Shown here in pieces: positions 26,782-36,592 of a stretch of 64,000 nucleotides of DNA (position 1 is the stretch's first letter; every line of letters begins with the position of its first letter). This DNA is from Promethearchaeota archaeon. Lineage in GTDB: Archaea > Asgardarchaeota > Lokiarchaeia > Sigyniarchaeales > SOKP01. The stretch lies in contig JBHLNK010000004.1 of assembly GCA_048941625.1 (NCBI GenBank), forward strand, positions 1,094 through 65,093. The letters are read 5' to 3'. The position numbers and the translations under genes were made by a program. The notes beneath the pieces are model-generated. The model searched no databases. It worked only from the letters and a program-made list of their open reading frames with translations, and was not told the DNA's origin.

Positions 26782-28018
26782 AAAGTTAGATAAAATAAAA
26801 TCATATTCAGATGATAAATATGAATATTTGAAAAAAATATTTGACCCTAATTTAAATAACTTATTAAAAAAATGTTATCAATGTGCACGCTGCTCAGGTG
26901 TATGCCAAATCAGTAAAGTCCAGAAATTTACACCTAGTAGAATTATACAAACAATATTAGAAGGTTTTGAAGATGAAGTAATTAAAAGCAAGGTGTTATG
27001 GGACTGTTTAATGTGTAATAGTTGCTTGCAAAATTGCCCTAAAGATATCAATTTTGCTGATATTGTTAGGATTGCGAGATATAAAATGCGGATAAAAGAC
27101 ATTCAAAATCCTGATCGTTCTATCGCCCATAAAGGCATTTATCCTTTAATGTCAGAAATGATGTGTCAAGAAAATATAAAAATTGAAAGACCTCTTGATT
27201 GGATTCCAAAAGGTTGTAAAACTTCAGACAGAGGAAATATTTTATATTATGTAGGATGTTTACCATTTTTTAATTATGAATTTCAAGATTCAATTTCTAT
27301 AGCTGAAAGCACACTAAGAATTATTTGTAATTTAGAAAACGAATCTATAGTTGTCCTTAAAGATGAGATATGTTGTGGTCATGATTTATATTGGGGTCAA
27401 GCTAAATTCGAAAGTTTTATTGATTTAGCGAAAAAAAATGTTAATATGTTTGAAAAATCAGGTATTACCAAAATCGTTACTGCATGTGCGGAATGCTATA
27501 GAACTTTTAAAATTGATTATCCTAAATTATTTGAAGATTTTAAGGAGAAATTTGAAGTCAAACATATAATTGAATATATTTATGAGAAATGGAAAGAAGG
27601 AAAAGTTCAATTTAAGAATCCCGTTGAATTTAATGAGACTATTCCTTTTACTTATCACGATCCTTGTAGGCTCAGCAGATTTTTACCTAAAGATAATAAA
27701 ATAGTTGAAATTGTCAGAGAGATTTTCAAATATTTGAAAGTTATTGGTTACAGTTTTAAAGAAATGGAACATAGTAAAGGGAATTCCTATTGTTGTGGAG
27801 TAAATTCATGGATGAATTGTAATGAGCGATCTAAAGCTTTACGATACAAACGTCTTTTAGAAGCTAAAGCTGTTGGTACAAAAATGATTACATCATGCCC
27901 AAAATGCCGAATGCATTTAAAATGCATACAAAAGGATTATGAAGATTTTTCTTCTATTGAAATTTTAGATTTTTCAGAATTTATGGTAAATTTAATAGAA
28001 ATAAAAAAGCAAAATTAA
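26759..28018 (+). CDS. HdrC-HdrB fusion (HdrD-like) iron-sulfur protein with two CCG domains
   Basis: CYQCARCSGVC and CLMCNSCLQNCP (HdrC-like), then CCGHDLYWG, CAECY, DPCRLSR, CCGVNSW and SCPKC (HdrB-type CCG motifs). The GTG start overlaps the upstream gene by 23 nt. Confidence 0.8.
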   Translation: MATITVTKKLDKIKSYSDDKYEYLKKIFDPNLNNLLKKCYQCARCSGVCQISKVQKFTPSRIIQTILEGFEDEVIKSKVLWDCLMCNSCLQNCPKDINFADIVRIARYKMRIKDIQNPDRSIAHKGIYPLMSEMMCQENIKIERPLDWIPKGCKTSDRGNILYYVGCLPFFNYEFQDSISIAESTLRIICNLENESIVVLKDEICCGHDLYWGQAKFESFIDLAKKNVNMFEKSGITKIVTACAECYRTFKIDYPKLFEDFKEKFEVKHIIEYIYEKWKEGKVQFKNPVEFNETIPFTYHDPCRLSRFLPKDNKIVEIVREIFKYLKVIGYSFKEMEHSKGNSYCCGVNSWMNCNERSKALRYKRLLEAKAVGTKMITSCPKCRMHLKCIQKDYEDFSSIEILDFSEFMVNLIEIKKQN

Positions 28019-28034
28019 TGATTGAGGAGAGCAA

Positions 28035-31000
28035 ATGAAGAAAGTCGGTGCAGTTTTAGTGATTGGTGGTGGAATCGCAGGAATTCAGACTTCTATAGAT
28101 CTAGCAGATTCAGGTTATAAAGTATATCTTGCAGAATCCACAACCAGTATTGGAGGAGTTATGTCTCAATTAGATAAAACCTTCCCTACTAATGATTGTG
28201 CGATATGTATTCTTGCTCCTAAATTAGTACAGACTGGAAGACATGAAAATATTGAAATTTTAATAGGATCTTCAATCGAAAAAATCGAAGGAGCTCCAGG
28301 TAATTTTAAAGTTTATTTAACTCAAAAATCACTTCGCTTAGATCAAAACAAATGTACAGGGTGCGGTTTATGTGCTCAGCAATGTCCAATAGAAGCAATA
28401 GATTTTTTCAATGAGAAGCTTTCTAATAAGGCTGCAATATCTGTAAAATTTCCTCAAGCAGTTCCTTTAGTTTTTTCAATTAACGATAAAAAATGTATTG
28501 GTTGCGGTATTTGCAAAGGAATATGTAAAGCAAAGGCTATAGATTATGAACTCCAAGATAAGTTAGTTAACCTTAATGTGGGAGCTGTGGTTTTAGCAAT
28601 TGGATTTGACGAATATGATCCAACACCTTTAACGGAATTAGGCTACGGTAAAAATTTAAATGTTATTACAAGTATTGAATTTGAACGTATACTTAGTGCC
28701 AGTGGACCACACTCTGGTTTAATAATTCGCCCTTCTGATGGAATTATTCCAAAAAAAATTGCTTTTTTACAATGTATTGGTTCAAGAGACAGAAAACGTA
28801 GAATTGATTATTGTTCTTCAGTATGTTGTATGTATACTACAAAAGAAGCAGTAATCGCAAAAGAGCACATGAATATTATAGAACCGACAATCTTTACAAT
28901 GGATGTTAGAGCATATGGGAAGGATTTTGATAAGTATATTGAACGAGCTAAGGAGGAATATGGAGTTAGATATATAAGGCGTAGGATATCTTCAATTAAA
29001 GAGATACCGGATTCTAAAGATTTAAAGGTTAATTATGAAACAAAGAATGGAAAAATTATTGAAGAAATATTTAATCTTGTTGTTCTCTCTGTTGGAATGC
29101 GACCTAATCAAAAAGCTAAAGATATAGCACAAAAATTAAATATCGAGTTGAATGAATATGGATTTTGTAAAACTGAAACATTTACACCAGTAGAGACTTC
29201 AAGACCAGGGATTTATGTGTGTGGGGCTTTTGCAACACCGAAAGATATTCCAGAAACTGTTATTGAAGCAAGTGCTGCTGCTGGACGTGTAAATGTACTT
29301 TTATCAGAAGCAAGAAATATGCTTATTACAAAGAAAGAACTTCCCGAGGAAATAGATGTATCAGATCAACCACCACGAATCGGAGTGTTCATATGTCATT
29401 GTGGTATAAATATTGGAGGAGTTGTTGATGTTCCTTCTGTAGTTGAATATGTTAAAACTCTACCAAATGTAGTATACGCTGAACATAATTTGTATACTTG
29501 TTCGGCAGACACTCAAACAAATATCAAAGAAAAAATAGAAAAAAACCATCTCAATAGAGTTATTGTTGCCTCTTGTACTCCAAGGACACATGAATCTTTA
29601 TTTCAAGCAACTATTAGAGAAGTTGGTTTAAATAAATATCTTTTTGAAATGGTTAATATTCGTGATCAATGTTCCTGGGTTCATATGCATGAACCTGAAA
29701 AAGCAACTGCAAAATCCAAAGACTTATTACGTATGTCTGTAGCAAAGGCAAGCCAATTAATCCCGTTAAAAGAACAAGAAATTTCTGTAATAGATAAGGG
29801 TTTAATCATCGGTGGAGGTGTGGCTGGAATGTCAGCAGCGTTAAATCTGGCATCTCAAGGTTATGAAATTTTCTTAATTGAAAAGGAAGATTCTTTAGGG
29901 GGTTTTGCTAAAAATATTTACCAGACTCTTGAAAATGATGATGTTCAGAATTATCTTGAAACCTTAATTGAAAGAGTTAAAAATAATCAGTCAATCCATG
30001 TGTTTACAAACGCTGGTATTAATTCAATATCTGGATATATAGGGAATTTTTCTACAGATATAAATTACGGAAATACTAATAAAAATTTAAATCTAGAACA
30101 TGGTATAATCATTGTAGCTACTGGAGCAAAAGAATATCAACCCACGGAATATAATTTTGGGAAAGATAAAAGAATTATAACTCAGGCTGAATTTGAAAAG
30201 AATCTTTTTACCACAGAGAATGTAAAAGAATTGAAATCTATAGTGATGATTCAATGTATTGGTTCGAGAAATGAGGAACATCTTTATTGTAGTCGAATCT
30301 GTTGCTCAGAAGCTATTAAAAATGCCTTAAAGGCAAAAGAAATGAATCCTGATATTGAAATAATTATTCTGTACCGTGATATACGAACCTATGGATTTAA
30401 AGAAAAATTTTATAATTTAGCTAGAGATAAAGGTGTTATTTTCCTTAGATTTGAAGAATCTAAGCCTCCAGAATTAAAAATAAAAAATAAGCAGTTAAAA
30501 TTAATATCAAATAATCCAGATTTAGGAAATCTTGAAATAAATCCTGATTTAATTGTACTAAGTACAGGTCTCGAAGCACCAAAAAATGAAAATGAAGAAC
30601 TAGCAAAAATGTTAAAAGTCCCCCTTAATGAGGATAAATTCTTTTTGGAAGCTCATGTGAAATTGAGACCAATTGATTTTGCTACAGATGGTATATATTT
30701 ATGTGGAACGGCACATTCACCTAAAGATCTTAGAGAATCAATTGCACAAGCGAATGGCGCTGCTGCTCAAGCGGTTAAAATTTTAAGTGCTGAAAAACTT
30801 GTGACTTCTGGTCTTGTAGCAGTTGTAATAGAAGAAAATTGCATTGGGTGTGGAAGTTGTATGGAAGTGTGTCAATTTAATGCCATTGAATTAATAGAAG
30901 AAGAAAGAACTTTTGAAGATCTTACAATGATTATGAGAAAATCTCATGTAAACCCTGCACTCTGTAAAGGTTGCGGTACGTGTGGTGCTCAATGCCCTAA

Positions 31001-31076
31001 TTCAACAATAGTTATAAAGCATTTTGGTTTTGAGCAAATACACGCTATGATTTCTGCCCTATTAGTTCAAACTTAA
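28035..31076 (+). CDS. hdrA: giant fused HdrA-like flavoprotein (1013 aa): thioredoxin-reductase-like module + ferredoxin, HdrA N-terminal-type Cys domain, second FAD module, C-terminal ferredoxin
   Basis: VIGGGIAGIQ, DCAICILAPK, CTGCGLCAQQCP, CIGCGICKGIC, CIGSRD...YCSSVCC, ICHCGINIGG, YTCSAD, ASCTPRTHE, DQCSWVH, IIGGGVAGM, CIGCGSCMEVC and CKGCGTCGAQCP. Confidence 0.85.
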   Translation: MKKVGAVLVIGGGIAGIQTSIDLADSGYKVYLAESTTSIGGVMSQLDKTFPTNDCAICILAPKLVQTGRHENIEILIGSSIEKIEGAPGNFKVYLTQKSLRLDQNKCTGCGLCAQQCPIEAIDFFNEKLSNKAAISVKFPQAVPLVFSINDKKCIGCGICKGICKAKAIDYELQDKLVNLNVGAVVLAIGFDEYDPTPLTELGYGKNLNVITSIEFERILSASGPHSGLIIRPSDGIIPKKIAFLQCIGSRDRKRRIDYCSSVCCMYTTKEAVIAKEHMNIIEPTIFTMDVRAYGKDFDKYIERAKEEYGVRYIRRRISSIKEIPDSKDLKVNYETKNGKIIEEIFNLVVLSVGMRPNQKAKDIAQKLNIELNEYGFCKTETFTPVETSRPGIYVCGAFATPKDIPETVIEASAAAGRVNVLLSEARNMLITKKELPEEIDVSDQPPRIGVFICHCGINIGGVVDVPSVVEYVKTLPNVVYAEHNLYTCSADTQTNIKEKIEKNHLNRVIVASCTPRTHESLFQATIREVGLNKYLFEMVNIRDQCSWVHMHEPEKATAKSKDLLRMSVAKASQLIPLKEQEISVIDKGLIIGGGVAGMSAALNLASQGYEIFLIEKEDSLGGFAKNIYQTLENDDVQNYLETLIERVKNNQSIHVFTNAGINSISGYIGNFSTDINYGNTNKNLNLEHGIIIVATGAKEYQPTEYNFGKDKRIITQAEFEKNLFTTENVKELKSIVMIQCIGSRNEEHLYCSRICCSEAIKNALKAKEMNPDIEIIILYRDIRTYGFKEKFYNLARDKGVIFLRFEESKPPELKIKNKQLKLISNNPDLGNLEINPDLIVLSTGLEAPKNENEELAKMLKVPLNEDKFFLEAHVKLRPIDFATDGIYLCGTAHSPKDLRESIAQANGAAAQAVKILSAEKLVTSGLVAVVIEENCIGCGSCMEVCQFNAIELIEEERTFEDLTMIMRKSHVNPALCKGCGTCGAQCPNSTIVIKHFGFEQIHAMISALLVQT

Positions 31077-31094
31077 TTTAAAAGGTGAAAATTT

Positions 31095-31526
31095 ATGTCT
31101 AAATCAAAAAAGAAAATAAGCAAAAAGGAGTTTCACCCTAATATATTGTGTTTTTGTTGCAATTGGTGTAGTTATGCAGGAGCAGATTTAGCGGGAGTTT
31201 CCCGATTTCAATATCCCTCCACAATCAGAATTGTGCGAGTAATGTGTTCTGGTAGAGTAGATCCTGCCTTCATTCTAGAAGCATTTAAAGATGGTATCGA
31301 CGGAGTAATTGTAACAGGATGTCACATAGGTGACTGTCATTATTTGAAAGGAAATGAGTTTGCTAGAGACAGGTTTGAAAATTTTCATAAAATTTTACAT
31401 ATTTTTAACCTTGATAAGAGATTTAGACTTGAATGGGTTAGTGCATCTGAAGGAAAACGATTTGCTGAAGTCATTGCAGAATTCACAAATCAAATTAAAG
31501 AACTGGGTCCACTAAGACCGAATTAG
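31095..31526 (+). CDS. mvhD: MvhD-type subunit (methyl-viologen-reducing hydrogenase delta subunit family), all-Cys version
   Basis: ILCFCCNWCSYAGADLAGVSRFQYP, RVMCSGRVDP and TGCHIGDCHY. Confidence 0.85.
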   Translation: MSKSKKKISKKEFHPNILCFCCNWCSYAGADLAGVSRFQYPSTIRIVRVMCSGRVDPAFILEAFKDGIDGVIVTGCHIGDCHYLKGNEFARDRFENFHKILHIFNLDKRFRLEWVSASEGKRFAEVIAEFTNQIKELGPLRPN

Positions 31527-31545
31527 AAATAATTTTTACATGAAT

Positions 31546-31559
31546 CAGCTGCTTTTTTT
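31546..31559 (+). terminator. possible operon terminator (palindrome plus T7 run)
   Basis: CAGCTG then C then TTTTTTT, starting 20 nt after the mvhD stop. Oligo-T tracts are the usual archaeal termination signal. Confidence 0.35.
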
Positions 31560-31996
31560 CCTTAAATTGTAAAAATCTCAATATTTATATTTTTTTTATT
31601 AAGTAATAATTCTAATTTAATTTATCCACTATAATGTCATTTTTTTTTCCATTCTTTGCATAAATTTAATGATGTTTGATCGATATTGTTATATTTCAAT
31701 TTAAAATTGCTAGAAATATATCACTAAAAAAGAAATTATTACTAATATCCAATATAATGTAATTTATTGATAATCATAAAAAATTACATTTATCATATTC
31801 TTCATCTCAAATGAGAAAAATGTTTCAATCAGTATATAAAATCCAAAAATACTAACAAAAACGAACAAAAAGCCCAAAAAAGCTAATAATAATATAATAT
31901 TATGACTGATTACGAAAAACTGACTCTAATAAAAGTTTGGGACTGATCACAACCAAAGCAAAAAGTGTCGGATTCTGATCATTTTTCATAAAAATA

Positions 31997-32004
31997 TTTA
32001 TATA
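31997..32004 (+). promoter_or_regulatory. candidate TATA box for the second hdrA cluster
   Basis: TTTATATA (the same octamer as at 22681) lies 73-80 nt upstream of ATG 32077. Weak evidence in AT-rich DNA. Confidence 0.2.
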
Positions 32005-32076
32005 ATTACATATCTTTATTTTTTAATCAACTAAGTTTTTGAGTAAATTATTCAATAACAATTTAAAATGGGTTAA

Positions 32077-35000
32077 ATGATGGAAGGATTTGTTTTGGTT
32101 ATTGGTGGTGGAATTGCTGGGATACAAGCTTCTTTAGATTTAACAGATTTAGGATTTAAAGTATATTTAGTAGAAAAAACACCTTCAATTGGGGGAAGAA
32201 TGGCGCAGTTAGATAAAACATTCCCCACTAATGATTGTAGTTTATGTATTCTTGCTCCAAAAATGGTTGAGGTGTTTAGAAATCCTAATATTGAATTAAT
32301 GACTTATCATGAGGTTAAAAAAGTATCTGGTAAGAAAGGAAATTTTATGGTTACAGTTCTTAAGAACCCTCGTTATATTGATGAAAAAAAATGTAAGGGA
32401 TGTGGTGATTGTGCTGCGAGATGTCCTAAGATTGAATTTCCTAACATATTTGATATGAATTTGGGTAAAAGAAAATCAGTTTACATTCCGTTTCCTCAAG
32501 CTGTTCCGCCTGTATACTTAATTGATTCAAATTTATGTTTAAAGCTAACCAAAGGAGTATGTGGGGTTTGTGAAAAAGTTTGTAAGGCAGAAGCGATAAA
32601 TTTTGAACAAAAACCTAAAGAAATTAATATTAATGTTGGTGCAATTGTAGTTGCTACTGGTTTTGATACTTTAGGAGAAGAATTAACTTCAAGATGGGGT
32701 TATAGATTTGATAATGTAGTAAGTGCTCTTGAATATGAACGGATTTTATCCGCATCAGGACCATTTGAAGGTCATATTTTACGACCTAGTGATAGAAAAG
32801 AGCCAGAAAAGATCGCATTTATTCAATGTGCAGGATCTAGGGATTTACGTGAAGGAATCCCTTATTGTTCCTCAGTATGTTGTATGTATACTGCGAAAGA
32901 AGCAATTATAACAAAAGAACATTCAGAAAACTCAAAGTGTTTTGTATTTCGGCATGACGTAAGAGCATATGGGAAAAATTTTTTTGAATACACTCAGAGA
33001 GCTCAAGAGGAATATGGAGTAATATATTTCCAAACTAAAATTAGCAGAATAATTGAAGATCCGGAAACAAATGATTTAGTGATACATTATGAAGATCTAA
33101 AAACGGGCGAATTTAAGGATTTTAAGGCAAATTTAGTAGTATTAGCAGCCCCTCTTGTACCTTCAGCTGGAACTATAGAACTAGCAAAGATTTTAGGAAT
33201 CAAATTAGATGAATATAATTTCTTTAAAGAGAAATCATATTTTGATAAAGCTTTATCTTCAAAGGAAGGTATTTTTTTAGCTGGTTTCTGTCAAGGTCCA
33301 ATGGATATACCCGAAACAGTAGCTGATTCAAGTGGTGTGGCTTCTCAAGTTGCAAGTTTACTTAGCAACTATAAGTTTACTGAAACAAAAGAAAAAGCTA
33401 TAAGAATACCAGAAAAGGAGGTAAAGCAATCAGATGAAGCAAGAATAGGCGTTCTCATATGTCATTGTGGAATTAATATTGGTAAATATATAGACATTCC
33501 TAAGGTTATTGAACAGATAAAAAAATTGCCAAATGTTGTATTTTGTGAAGATAATTTGTACTCCTGTAGTTCTGATTCACAAGAAAGAATTAAAGAAGTA
33601 ATATCGGAATATAATTTAAATAGATTTATTGTGGCTTCTTGTACACCGCGTACGCATGAACAATTATTCCAAGAAACCTGTCAAGAAGCAGGTTTAAATA
33701 AATATTTATTTGAAATGGTGAACATCAGAGACCAATGCTCATGGGTACATATGACAGAGAAGGAGCTTGCTACGGAAAAAGCAATTGATTTAATCAGAAT
33801 GGGGATAGCAAAATCAAGATTATTAAAATCGCAAGAAGAAAAAACATTGAAAATCACACAGACTGCGATGATAATTGGAGGAGGTATATCCGGAATGACA
33901 GCAGCATTGAATATAGCTAGTCAAGGATTTAAAGTGTATCTAATAGAAAAAGAGCAAAATTTAGGTGGAAATTTAAAATACTTAAATATGCTATTTCCTA
34001 CTCAAGAGGATGCTTCAATCTTGCTAAATGAAACAATAGAACAAGTAATAAATAATAATAACATTCAAATCTTTTTAAAATCTAATATAAAAGAAATTAA
34101 AGGGTATATTGGGAATTATGACGCTTCAATCATCGATTCAGAAAAGGTTAGCCATGAATTGAAAATTGGAACTATAATTGTTGCCACAGGTGGAAAAGAA
34201 TTAAAGCCTAATGAATTTTTTAATTATACATACACAAATCATAATGTGATTACGCAGCTACAATTAGAACAGAAACTAAAAGATGAAGATCAATCGTGGC
34301 TGGACAAACTTAATCATATAACGACACTTCTATGTGTTAACGCTAGACAAGAAAATGGGATTACCTATTGTTCGAACATTTGTTGTGAAACAGCGATAAA
34401 AAATATAAATATCCTAAAGGAAATAAAACATGATCTCAAGTTGATAGTTCTTTATAGAGATCTTCAGATGGCAAAAAAAGAATTTGAAAGATATTATCGT
34501 GAACGAAGAAAAGACGCCGTTTTCTTGAGATACGACTTAGATCACCCTCCTATCATTACAGAATCAAATGGAGAAAAAGAAAAATTTGAAATTGATGTAT
34601 TTGATACCAATCTTCAGGAAAATATTAACTTCAACACAGACTTAATAGTACTCTCAACACCAATGGTTCCAGCAGACAATTTGAATGAATTAGCACAAAA
34701 ACTTAAAGTTCCTCTAGATAAAAATGGATTCTTTTTAGAAGCTCATGTAAAATTACGACCATTAGATTTTGCGACAGATGGAATCTTCCTATGTGGATGT
34801 GCTCATTGGCCAAAAAATGTTCAAGATTCCATATCACAAGCAAATGGCGCTGCGGGTAGAGCATGCAGATTTTTAAGTGCTGGGGAGATTACAACATCTG
34901 GATTAATAGCAGAGGTAGATCCAGAGATTTGCATAGGATGTGGGACATGTGAGGAAGCTTGTTCATATAATGCAATAGAAATTACAAACTTTGTAAAAGA

Positions 35001-35160
35001 TTTTGAAGAAGTAAGTCTACCGATTAAAAAATCTACAATAAATTCGGGATTATGTAAAGGTTGTGGTACTTGTGCTGTTAATTGTCCAGTTGGGGCAATT
35101 TCTATAAAACATTATGATTTTGAGCAAATTAATGCAATGATTAAGACACTTGCTCTATAA
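32077..35160 (+). CDS. hdrA: giant fused HdrA-like flavoprotein (1027 aa). The start may be the second ATG at 32080.
   Basis: Same motif order as 28035-31076: VIGGGIAGIQ, DCSLCILAPK, CHCGINIGK, YSCSSD, ASCTPRTHE, DQCSWVH, IIGGGISGM, CIGCGTCEEAC and CKGCGTCAVNCP. A close paralogue of 36592-39696. Confidence 0.85.
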   Translation: MMEGFVLVIGGGIAGIQASLDLTDLGFKVYLVEKTPSIGGRMAQLDKTFPTNDCSLCILAPKMVEVFRNPNIELMTYHEVKKVSGKKGNFMVTVLKNPRYIDEKKCKGCGDCAARCPKIEFPNIFDMNLGKRKSVYIPFPQAVPPVYLIDSNLCLKLTKGVCGVCEKVCKAEAINFEQKPKEININVGAIVVATGFDTLGEELTSRWGYRFDNVVSALEYERILSASGPFEGHILRPSDRKEPEKIAFIQCAGSRDLREGIPYCSSVCCMYTAKEAIITKEHSENSKCFVFRHDVRAYGKNFFEYTQRAQEEYGVIYFQTKISRIIEDPETNDLVIHYEDLKTGEFKDFKANLVVLAAPLVPSAGTIELAKILGIKLDEYNFFKEKSYFDKALSSKEGIFLAGFCQGPMDIPETVADSSGVASQVASLLSNYKFTETKEKAIRIPEKEVKQSDEARIGVLICHCGINIGKYIDIPKVIEQIKKLPNVVFCEDNLYSCSSDSQERIKEVISEYNLNRFIVASCTPRTHEQLFQETCQEAGLNKYLFEMVNIRDQCSWVHMTEKELATEKAIDLIRMGIAKSRLLKSQEEKTLKITQTAMIIGGGISGMTAALNIASQGFKVYLIEKEQNLGGNLKYLNMLFPTQEDASILLNETIEQVINNNNIQIFLKSNIKEIKGYIGNYDASIIDSEKVSHELKIGTIIVATGGKELKPNEFFNYTYTNHNVITQLQLEQKLKDEDQSWLDKLNHITTLLCVNARQENGITYCSNICCETAIKNINILKEIKHDLKLIVLYRDLQMAKKEFERYYRERRKDAVFLRYDLDHPPIITESNGEKEKFEIDVFDTNLQENINFNTDLIVLSTPMVPADNLNELAQKLKVPLDKNGFFLEAHVKLRPLDFATDGIFLCGCAHWPKNVQDSISQANGAAGRACRFLSAGEITTSGLIAEVDPEICIGCGTCEEACSYNAIEITNFVKDFEEVSLPIKKSTINSGLCKGCGTCAVNCPVGAISIKHYDFEQINAMIKTLAL

Positions 35161-35311
35161 ATTCATATAAATACAAATCTTTAGTTTTCAATTCATTTAT
35201 TTCTTATTTGACATTAGAGTTATGAACCCTAATCAGAAAAAATAAATTATTTCCATTTTTTTCCTATTCATTATTGGTTCAAATTATTAAAATTTGATTT
35301 AAACAGTAAAA

Positions 35312-36592
35312 GTGAAGAATATTACTGAAACGACAAAAGTGGATGATTCTGAAGAACTAAAGGAAAATAATGATTCTTATCTCAGTAAAATTTATGAACC
35401 AAATATAAGGAAATTGTTATACAGATGCTATCAATGTGTTCGTTGTAGTGGTGTCTGTCAACTTAGTAAAGTTCAGACTTTCGAACCTAGTAAGATAATT
35501 CAATTGATTTTAGAGGGATTTGAAGATAAAGTTATTGAGAGTGGTATTTTATGGGATTGCTTAACTTGCAATGCTTGTCTTCAAAATTGTCCAGAGGGTA
35601 TAAATTTTGCAGATATAGTAAGAATAGTTAAATATAAAATGCGTAAATCCCACAATCAATCCCCAGATGATTATATTGCTCATAAAGGAATATATACTAC
35701 TATATCAGAAATAATGAGTGAACCTCAAATAAAACCAGAAAGATCTCTAGATTGGGTTCCCAAAGACTGTAAAATTGCTGACGAAGGAGATATTTTGTAT
35801 TATGTGGGATGTCTACCTTATTTTAATTTCGAATTCAATAATTCAGAAACTATAGCTGAAAGTACTTTGAAAATTCTTTGTCAAATTGAAAAAGAACCGA
35901 TTGTTGTTCTTAAAGATGAGATATGCTGTGGACATGATCTGTACTGGGGCCAAGGGAAATTTGATGCTTTTATCAATTTAGCAAAAAAAAATGTTAAAAG
36001 ACTTGAAAAAACAAGAGCTAAAACTATCGTGACTGCCTGTGCTGAATGCTATAGAACGTTGAAAGTCGATTATCCCAATTTATTTGATGATTTCAAACGA
36101 AAATTCAATGTTAAACATTTAATTGAATATATTTATGAAAAATGGAAGGAAGGAAAAATTGAATTCAAGAATCCAAATCAGGGAGAACTAAAGATCCCTT
36201 TTACATATCATGACCCCTGTAGATTAAGCAGGTTTTTACCTAAAGATAGTAATATAATTGAAAATGTTCGCGAGATTTTTAATCATTTAAAAACATTAGG
36301 TTATCAATTTAATGAAATGGTTCATAGTAAGACAGATGCCTTATGTTGTGGAGTTAATTCTTGGATGAATTGCAATGATCGGTCAAAAGCGTTAAGATAT
36401 AAAAGACTTCTAGAGGCAAAAGATGTAGGAGAAATAATGGTCACCTCATGTCCTAAATGTAAAATGCATTTATCCTGTTTACAAAATGATTACGAAGACA
36501 TTTCTTCAATTGAAATTGTAGATTTTTCTGAATTTTTAGTAGGATTCATCCTTATCGTAGATTCAAATAACAAAGGGGTGAGTGAAGGATAA
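35312..36592 (+). CDS. HdrC-HdrB fusion (HdrD-like) iron-sulfur protein, paralogue of 26759-28018
   Basis: CYQCVRCSGVC, CLTCNACLQNCP, CCGHDLYWG, DPCRLSR and CCGVNSW. Its stop overlaps the next ATG (TAATG). Confidence 0.8.
   Translation: MKNITETTKVDDSEELKENNDSYLSKIYEPNIRKLLYRCYQCVRCSGVCQLSKVQTFEPSKIIQLILEGFEDKVIESGILWDCLTCNACLQNCPEGINFADIVRIVKYKMRKSHNQSPDDYIAHKGIYTTISEIMSEPQIKPERSLDWVPKDCKIADEGDILYYVGCLPYFNFEFNNSETIAESTLKILCQIEKEPIVVLKDEICCGHDLYWGQGKFDAFINLAKKNVKRLEKTRAKTIVTACAECYRTLKVDYPNLFDDFKRKFNVKHLIEYIYEKWKEGKIEFKNPNQGELKIPFTYHDPCRLSRFLPKDSNIIENVREIFNHLKTLGYQFNEMVHSKTDALCCGVNSWMNCNDRSKALRYKRLLEAKDVGEIMVTSCPKCKMHLSCLQNDYEDISSIEIVDFSEFLVGFILIVDSNNKGVSEG

Noticed and set aside
31900-31985. 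A C/D-box sRNA, suggested by four CUGA motifs and UGAUCA/AUGACUGA elements.
   Set aside because: There is no proper RUGAUGA C box. The spacing between candidate boxes (about 25 nt) does not fit the roughly 12-nt guide geometry of archaeal C/D sRNAs.
31902-31991. A 29-codon ORF with an in-frame TGA (MTDYEKLTLIKVWD-U-SQPKQKVSDSDHFS) as a possible mini-selenoprotein.
   Set aside because: It is too short. It has no recognisable family, no SECIS-like structure nearby and no Shine-Dalgarno-like sequence. Such an ORF is expected by chance in 550 nt of spacer.
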